64,000 nt of DNA, taken from NCBI GenBank assembly GCA_910589035.1, contig CAJUSI010000010.1, forward strand, positions 3,863 through 67,862, in the 5' to 3' direction. This stretch comes from an uncultured Acetatifactor sp. (GTDB taxonomy: Bacteria > Bacillota > Clostridia > Lachnospirales > Lachnospiraceae). Below, piece after piece: positions 58,101 through 64,000 of the stretch; the stretch's first letter is position 1, and each line of letters starts with the position of its first letter. The position numbers and the translations under genes were made by a program. The notes under the pieces are model-generated. The model worked only from the letters and a program-made list of their open reading frames with translations, had not been told where the DNA came from and did not search any database.

Positions 58101-58799
58101 ATGAATTACAAAATTGCAGTCTGCGACGATTCCCGGGCGGACAGAGAGTATATCATGGAGCTGGCGGGAAGCTGGGCCGGTGCGGCAGGGCACACGGTGC
58201 AGCTTTTCGGCTTTGCCTGTGCCGAAGAATTCTTATTTCAATACGAGGAGAAGTGCGATTATGATATCCTGCTTCTGGATATAGAGATGGGAGCCATGGA
58301 CGGCGTTACCATGGCAAAGAAGCTGCGCAGGGAAAACGACACGGTGCAGATCATTTTCATCACCGGATATTCCGATTATATTGCGGAGGGGTATGAGGTG
58401 GAGGCGCTCAACTATCTGATGAAGCCCGTGGGGGAGGAGAAGCTCTTTTCCGTCCTGAACCGGGCTGCGGAAAAGCTGTCGAAGAACGAGAGGATGCTGA
58501 ACCTGGAGACGAGGGGTGAGATGGTGCGCATCCCCATATACCAGATCAGATACGCGGAGGTGTTCGGCAATTATGTGACCATCCACGCCAGGGAAGACAT
58601 TACGGTGAAAATGACATTGGGCGAGCTGGAAAAAGAGCTGGACGAGCGGTTTTACCGCGCGGGCCGGTCAGTGATCGTGAACCTGGTGCAGATTGCCCGG
58701 GTGACCAGGACGGAGATCCGGCTGAGGAGCGGAGACACTGTCCCGCTGCCCAGGGGCGCCTATGAGGGGATTAACCGCGCGATTATCAATATGAGGTGA
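58101..58799 (+). CDS. LytTR-family response regulator
   Basis: IAVCDD, LLDIEM, YLMKP; LytTR domain FYRAGRSVIVNL. Confidence 0.92.
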   Translation: MNYKIAVCDDSRADREYIMELAGSWAGAAGHTVQLFGFACAEEFLFQYEEKCDYDILLLDIEMGAMDGVTMAKKLRRENDTVQIIFITGYSDYIAEGYEVEALNYLMKPVGEEKLFSVLNRAAEKLSKNERMLNLETRGEMVRIPIYQIRYAEVFGNYVTIHAREDITVKMTLGELEKELDERFYRAGRSVIVNLVQIARVTRTEIRLRSGDTVPLPRGAYEGINRAIINMR

Positions 58800-58804
58800 G
58801 GCAG

Positions 58805-59530
58805 ATGGGATTTTTTACCTTTAAGGAAAGCCCTGTGCAGAGGGATGCGGAATCCGGCAGGAGACGGAGGCATTTCTTTACAAAGCGGATTGACAAGAGG
58901 ATTTCCGCCTATCAGCAGGAGCTGGTCGAGACACATTACCGTGAGGTTGACAATATGTACCGGCAGATCCGGGGCTGGAGGCATGACTACCGGAACCATA
59001 TCCAGACCATGAAGGCCTATGCCGCCTCCGGAGATCTGGAGGCCATCCGGCGCTATCTGGATCTTCTGGACGAAGATCTGACTACGGTGGACACGGTCAT
59101 CAAGACGGGAAATCCCATGACGGACGCCATACTCAATTCCAAGATCTCCCTGGCAAGATCAAAAGAGATCAAGGTGATAGCCGACGCGCATATTCCGGTA
59201 AGGCTGAAATCGTCGGAGCTGGATCTGTGCTGCATTATCGGAAATCTCTTTGACAACGCCATTGAAGCCAGCATGGAGCTTCCTGCTGACCGGCGGGTGA
59301 TCCGGGTGTACATGGATATGCGCAGCACTCAGCTCTACCTCTCCTTTACCAATTTTACCGCCGGAAAGAAACTGAAGAAGGAGGGAAAACTCTTCCGCAG
59401 CACCAAGGGCCGGGACCGCGGCTTCGGCCTGGTGCGCATCGACGCCATCGTGGAGCGCCTGGAGGGATATATCAGCCGCAACAGCGAGGACGGCGCGTTT
59501 ACTACGGAGATTCTGCTGCCCCAGGTGTAA
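58805..59530 (+). CDS. GHKL (AgrC-type) histidine kinase lacking a transmembrane sensor
   Basis: WRHDYRNH H-box, GNLFDNAIEA, STKGRDRGFGL. Confidence 0.85.
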   Translation: MGFFTFKESPVQRDAESGRRRRHFFTKRIDKRISAYQQELVETHYREVDNMYRQIRGWRHDYRNHIQTMKAYAASGDLEAIRRYLDLLDEDLTTVDTVIKTGNPMTDAILNSKISLARSKEIKVIADAHIPVRLKSSELDLCCIIGNLFDNAIEASMELPADRRVIRVYMDMRSTQLYLSFTNFTAGKKLKKEGKLFRSTKGRDRGFGLVRIDAIVERLEGYISRNSEDGAFTTEILLPQV

Positions 59531-59544
59531 GATCCAAAAAATGT

Positions 59545-59612
59545 GCAGTTCATCCCCCAAAAACGGCAATTCGACCCCGGAGTTCCCCCGGGGATATTTT
59601 TTGTGGTATTAT
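59545..59612 (+). promoter_or_regulatory. Putative LytTR boxes and extended -10
   Basis: GCAGTTCATCCCC and GCAATTCGACCCC 21 bp apart, followed by TGTGGTATTAT. Confidence 0.55.
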
Positions 59613-59727
59613 TCATAAGGCACTGTTACAAAATAGCGTATCCGGATTTCCGCAATCTTTCCACAATTATTCCCGTTTTCTATTGCCTGGTATGAATAGA
59701 AGCAGATAAGTTATTTCTGCACGGTTC

Positions 59728-59789
59728 CTGACCCGGATAAGCTGGAACCGGAATTTTGCCGGAAAGCGCAGGATTTCGGTGTTAAGCGT
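59728..59789 (+). repeat. 62-bp dispersed repeat copy
   Basis: CTGACCCGGATAAGCTGGAACCGGAATTTTGCC...TTAAGCGT. Confidence 0.8.
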
Positions 59790-59843
59790 CTGATAGCTGT
59801 ACAAAGGCAGCAAATTTTTAACAAAGAAAGGACGGTGGTTCTC

Positions 59844-61679
59844 ATGGAAAATGCGAAGAGCTCCAAGGAGAAAAAAGAAAGGACTCCCAGGCCCCAATAT
59901 AATATGCTGCAGACTGTCTGTTATATGACTAAGCTTGCATGGATCTCGAAGGAGAAGAAGGTGCTGGCGCTGGGCCTGCTTGCCGCCCTGCTGGCGGTGG
60001 CGGGCAATCTGGTGAATCTGTATGTGTCTCCGGGGATACTCTCGGCGGTGGAAAGGCATGCGTCCATAGGGGAGCTGCTTTTGACCATTCTGGCCTTCAC
60101 CCTGGGTATCATGCTGGTATCGGCCGCCTCCGCTTATGTGAATGAGAATATTTCCTACGGGAGGATCAGCGTTAGAATCGAGATCGGGAGGCTTCTGAAC
60201 AGAAAAGCCGCCACCACCTCCTATCCGAATCTGGACAATGGGGAATTCAAAAATCTTCAGGAAAAGGCAAACTCCGCCACTTATACCAATCAGGACGCGG
60301 CGGAAGCCATATGGCGGACTTTGACGGAACTGCTTACCAATACCATTGGTTTCCTGATTTACCTGAGCCTGCTCTGTGCAGTCTCCCCTATGTTGATCTG
60401 CGTGATTTCCGTCACTTCAGCCATCAGCTTCTTTATCGGCAATTATGCAGGCGGGTACGGCTACCGGCACCGTGAGGAAGAGGCGGAATACCGCCGCCAT
60501 ATCATGTATGCGTTCAAGGCGGCGCTTAAGCTGGACGGAGCCAAGGATATCCGCATTTTCGGCCTGCGCCCCTGGCTGGAAGGGGTCTATGCCGCCGCCA
60601 TGGAAGTATATACGGCTTTTCACAGGAAAGCCCAGGGCGTCTATCTCTGGGCAAAAATAGCGGATCTGGTCTTTGCCCTCCTGCGTAACGGCATCGCCTA
60701 CGCCTACCTCATCAGTCTTATGCTCCGGGACGGGCTTGACGTGGCGCAGTTTCTCCTGCTTTTCAGCGCCGCCGGCGGTTTTGGGCAGTGGGTGACAGGG
60801 ATCCTGGGAAATCTGAATGTTCTGCACAGGCGGTGCCTGGATCTCTCCACCGTCCGGGAGTGCCTGGAATATGCCGAGCCCTTCCGACTTGAAGAGGGCG
60901 TCCCTTTACAGGCGGAACCGGGGCGGAAGTACGAGATCCGGCTGGAAGGGGTTTCCTACCGCTATCCCGGGGCGGAGGAGAATACCCTGAAGGACATCGA
61001 CCTGGTTCTGCATCCCGGGGAGAAGCTGGCGGTGGTGGGCGTGAACGGCGCGGGCAAAACCACCCTTGTGAAGCTTATCTGCGGCTTCCTGGATCCCACC
61101 GGGGGCCGTGTGCTGCTGGACGGCAGGGACATCCGCAAGTATAATTATGACGAGTACAGGAGTATTTTCTCGGTGGTATTCCAGGATTTTCATCTCATGG
61201 CGCTGAAGCTGGGAGAAAATGTGGCTTCGGGAGCCTTCTGCGACAGGGAGAGGGCCCGGGACTGCCTGGAAAAGGCAGGCTTCGGGGAAAGGCTGGCGCA
61301 GATGCCGGAGGGGCTGGACACCTGGCTGTACACGGATTACAGTAAGGACGGCGTCAATGTCTCCGGGGGCGAGGCCCAGAAGATCGCCATCGCCCGGGCC
61401 CTTTACAAGGACGCTCCCTTTATTGTTCTGGACGAACCCACCGCCGCCCTGGATCCTCTGGCGGAAGCGGAGATTTATTCCAAATTCGATGAGATTGCCG
61501 GGGATAAGACGGCGATCTACATCAGCCACCGGCTGTCCTCCTGCAAATTCTGTGACGAGATCGCCGTATTCCATGAAGGAGCCGTGATCCAGCAGGGCAC
61601 ACACACCGTTCTGGTGGAGGACGAGGCGGGGAAATATTATGAGCTGTGGCATGCCCAGGCACAGTATTACACCGGATAA
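59844..61679 (+). CDS. ABC exporter, fused permease and ATP-binding domains
   Basis: TM domain; GVNGAGKTT; VSGGEAQK; LDEPT; SHRL. Confidence 0.92.
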   Translation: MENAKSSKEKKERTPRPQYNMLQTVCYMTKLAWISKEKKVLALGLLAALLAVAGNLVNLYVSPGILSAVERHASIGELLLTILAFTLGIMLVSAASAYVNENISYGRISVRIEIGRLLNRKAATTSYPNLDNGEFKNLQEKANSATYTNQDAAEAIWRTLTELLTNTIGFLIYLSLLCAVSPMLICVISVTSAISFFIGNYAGGYGYRHREEEAEYRRHIMYAFKAALKLDGAKDIRIFGLRPWLEGVYAAAMEVYTAFHRKAQGVYLWAKIADLVFALLRNGIAYAYLISLMLRDGLDVAQFLLLFSAAGGFGQWVTGILGNLNVLHRRCLDLSTVRECLEYAEPFRLEEGVPLQAEPGRKYEIRLEGVSYRYPGAEENTLKDIDLVLHPGEKLAVVGVNGAGKTTLVKLICGFLDPTGGRVLLDGRDIRKYNYDEYRSIFSVVFQDFHLMALKLGENVASGAFCDRERARDCLEKAGFGERLAQMPEGLDTWLYTDYSKDGVNVSGGEAQKIAIARALYKDAPFIVLDEPTAALDPLAEAEIYSKFDEIAGDKTAIYISHRLSSCKFCDEIAVFHEGAVIQQGTHTVLVEDEAGKYYELWHAQAQYYTG

Positions 61680-61682
61680 TTC

Positions 61683-61711
61683 TTGCATTGCGGGTGGCGG
61701 TATGCTATACT
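61683..61711 (+). promoter_or_regulatory. SigmaA promoter
   Basis: TTGCAT-N17-TATACT with extended TG. Confidence 0.65.
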
Positions 61712-61736
61712 AAAAACGTTAAATAGGAAATTTATA

Positions 61737-62642
61737 GCTGAAAAGCAACGGGGAAATGGCTGGATTGGACTTGGCTTTCATGGTTCAAACAAAAATGCTG
61801 GACAATTTGACAATTAGGAAACAGCCACAAAATATATGGGTGAGAAGGGCTTAAAAGGAACAAGTATTTTAAATAAGGCAATGGATGCATTTGTCACAAC
61901 AAAGCTGACAGACCTGTGTTATGAAACAAGAGGAAACTACTACAGCGAATTCGAAATTCCGGCCTTTGGGCAAAATATGATACGATGTACCTGTGTTGCC
62001 AGGGCACATTATGATGATGTGATTGATATTACACCGCAAATCGGAGTTGCCCTGGAATCATTTCAAAGAGTTACGGAAGTAGATTCAATTCTTGATGTTT
62101 CCCGTCCAAATAAAAAGTGCAGGCTGTTTAACAAAAATGAAAGATGGCCATGCAGATATCACCTTGAAATATTAGCATTTACGGAGTCATGGAAAAATAA
62201 GAATACCATTGCCATGCTGGCGGAATCCTTCAAACGATTGATGCGAACAGACAGAGAAGAAATTATGAATGCCAGTGTTGCATGCTGGGTAGGACATATA
62301 GTTGGTCCTTTGTGGTATTTATCAGAAGGATATTCCATATCCACAAATGCGATAAACCGCTGCGGAAATGACGAAGTACGCAGAGTCAACATGGAAAAGG
62401 TGGAGTGGCTGATACGGTGCGGTTTATATCAGCATATTCCGCAATTACAATCTGAAGTGGATTTTATATTGGATCACATTGACAGCAATGGTATTTGCAA
62501 AGTGGATTTCTATGAAAATGAGTTCAGAGGATGGGGGCCGTATGCCGGACTACAGTTGGAGCATGACTGGAGATCAAAGATCCGCAAAGCATGCGACATT
62601 ACTTTCCGTGCATTGCTAATTGCTGAATATGCAGGGGTATAG
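61737..62642 (+). pseudogene. 5'-truncated hypothetical protein gene
   Basis: The 61836 frame extends upstream through one TAG (AEKQRGNGWIGLGFHG...FDN*ETATKYM); no RBS; AT-rich. Confidence 0.55.
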
Positions 62643-62882
62643 AGATTATCCGTAGTGAGAAATACACGAAATACGAGCCGCAGGCTTGTGTGAAGGGTGT
62701 ATTTTGCTCTCAAACGCCGAGGATTATTGCCTGTGGAAAAAGTCCGACATTCGGATGAATAGTTTCCCTTGTTTCGGCTCGTAAGGGCAAAAACAAGGGC
62801 AGATACATAAGGTTTGAGCATTAGACAAGCGTAATGTTTTAGGGATCATATTGAGGTCCAGGAAAAAACTGTAGATGATAAA

Positions 62883-63152
62883 ATGTTTTCTGATGCTGAA
62901 AGTCGAAGAGATGAATGGAACAGACTATTTCCATTCTTTAATGAAATTATGATAAGTAAAAATGAAAATATAATTATTGTATCACATGGGGATTTATTAA
63001 GTGTTTTCAATGTGATGTTTCTTGGCTTGAAAGTAGAAACACTAAACTTGCTAGATATATTTGGCTGCGCTGGAGGAGTGTCTTTTATGTCTGAAAACGG
63101 AGATGGTAAACGTTTTATAAATCGAAGGAGTGATTTATCATATGTTAATTAA
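62883..63152 (+). pseudogene. 3' fragment of a histidine phosphatase (phosphoglycerate mutase family)
   Basis: IIIVSHG present; N-terminal RHG motif absent. Confidence 0.7.
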
Positions 63153-63295
63153 TTTCTGTATATAGAGGAATTCAAATATGGACAGTCTATTTGAAATTGA
63201 TAATAATATCGATCGGAAACTGAGAGCCGAAAAACAGGAACCGGAATAGGGCACATGTAAAAAGGAAAGCAGAAAGCAGGGGATGGAGGTCAAAA

Positions 63296-63838
63296 ATGGG
63301 ATTTTTCAGCAGCTTATTCGGAAAGAAGGAGAAAGTTCCTGACGGTACTTACAGGAGAGTGACCGGCAGCGGCGGATATGAGAGAGGAAGCGGTCCCGAT
63401 CCGTACAATGCTGCTTTCCGTTCAGACGAGGACGCTTTCGACCTGGATAATGAGGACTGCCAGAGGGATATGGAGGAAGTCTGCAGACGGGTGGAGCGTG
63501 TGATGAACGAGGAGTGGTGTGCAAAGGACAGCACTTATGAGATACGCCGGGAGCTTAAAATGTGCGACATGGGATGGCCGGAGCTGAGCAAATTTCAGTC
63601 GTTGAGGAATAGGAAGAATGCCTGGCAGCCATTTCGCGCCTGCGGGCTTTTCCGGGGCGGAGAGCCTGTGGCAATGGTTCTCTTACTGATTAATGATACC
63701 TGCTATAACCGGAGCGATGTGCTGGCTTTCCACAAGGCCTGTGAGCAGAGAGGTGTATTCTGCATGAATCTCATGCCCAAGTTCCCGAATCGTTACAGCT
63801 ATATCCGGGAGCGTCTCACGGGAAATGTGCGGCTGTGA
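63296..63838 (+). CDS. Hypothetical protein
   Basis: GGAGGT RBS; MGFFSSLFGKK start; 180-aa open frame. Confidence 0.7.
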   Translation: MGFFSSLFGKKEKVPDGTYRRVTGSGGYERGSGPDPYNAAFRSDEDAFDLDNEDCQRDMEEVCRRVERVMNEEWCAKDSTYEIRRELKMCDMGWPELSKFQSLRNRKNAWQPFRACGLFRGGEPVAMVLLLINDTCYNRSDVLAFHKACEQRGVFCMNLMPKFPNRYSYIRERLTGNVRL

Positions 63839-64000
63839 AGGAGCTGCCGGATGCAAGGGGATATTATTCTGGTAAAAGGAAAGAGAATGCGGTGAAAACC
63901 GCGCCCATGGGGGATTAAGCCCGTCCCGGCACCGCTCAGGCGGCGCTTTGTGGGCAGCGGGGGCGGGTTCGGTCCGGTGGACAATGGCACTGCCATTGGC

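Noticed and set aside
63860..64000. Riboswitch or RNA gene at the right edge
   Set aside because: GC-rich, but no recognisable consensus, and it is cut off by the window boundary

Overview
Chromosomal segment of a moderately GC-rich, spore-forming Clostridia member; gene content and order look like Lachnospiraceae. Core genes include a spoIIQ-like M23 peptidase, ddl-murF, a VanR/VanS-like two-component system, plsC, pyrK-pyrD, a SPOCS-LysM coat protein, murI, ispE, asnS, an NlpC/P60 hydrolase, trkA-trkH, rarA, spoIIID and a glpA-like three-gene operon. Accessory blocks lie between them: a decayed LysR/redox cluster (9.4-13.7 kb); a ROK-regulated sugar locus with a GmhA-like isomerase, ABC importer, GH2, ROK kinase and an Asp-box sialidase-like protein (13.7-28.6 kb); a long ECF sigma factor; a hicAB module bracketed by ~100-bp direct repeats whose toxin has lost its start codon; an island between rarA and spoIIID; a LytTR/GHKL/ABC module; and an AT-rich, cassette-like remnant near 62 kb. 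Intergenic DNA carries several short dispersed repeat families and many pseudogene fragments. I saw no intact transposase, integrase, CRISPR array, rRNA or tRNA. All product calls come from motif recognition by eye, not database searches.
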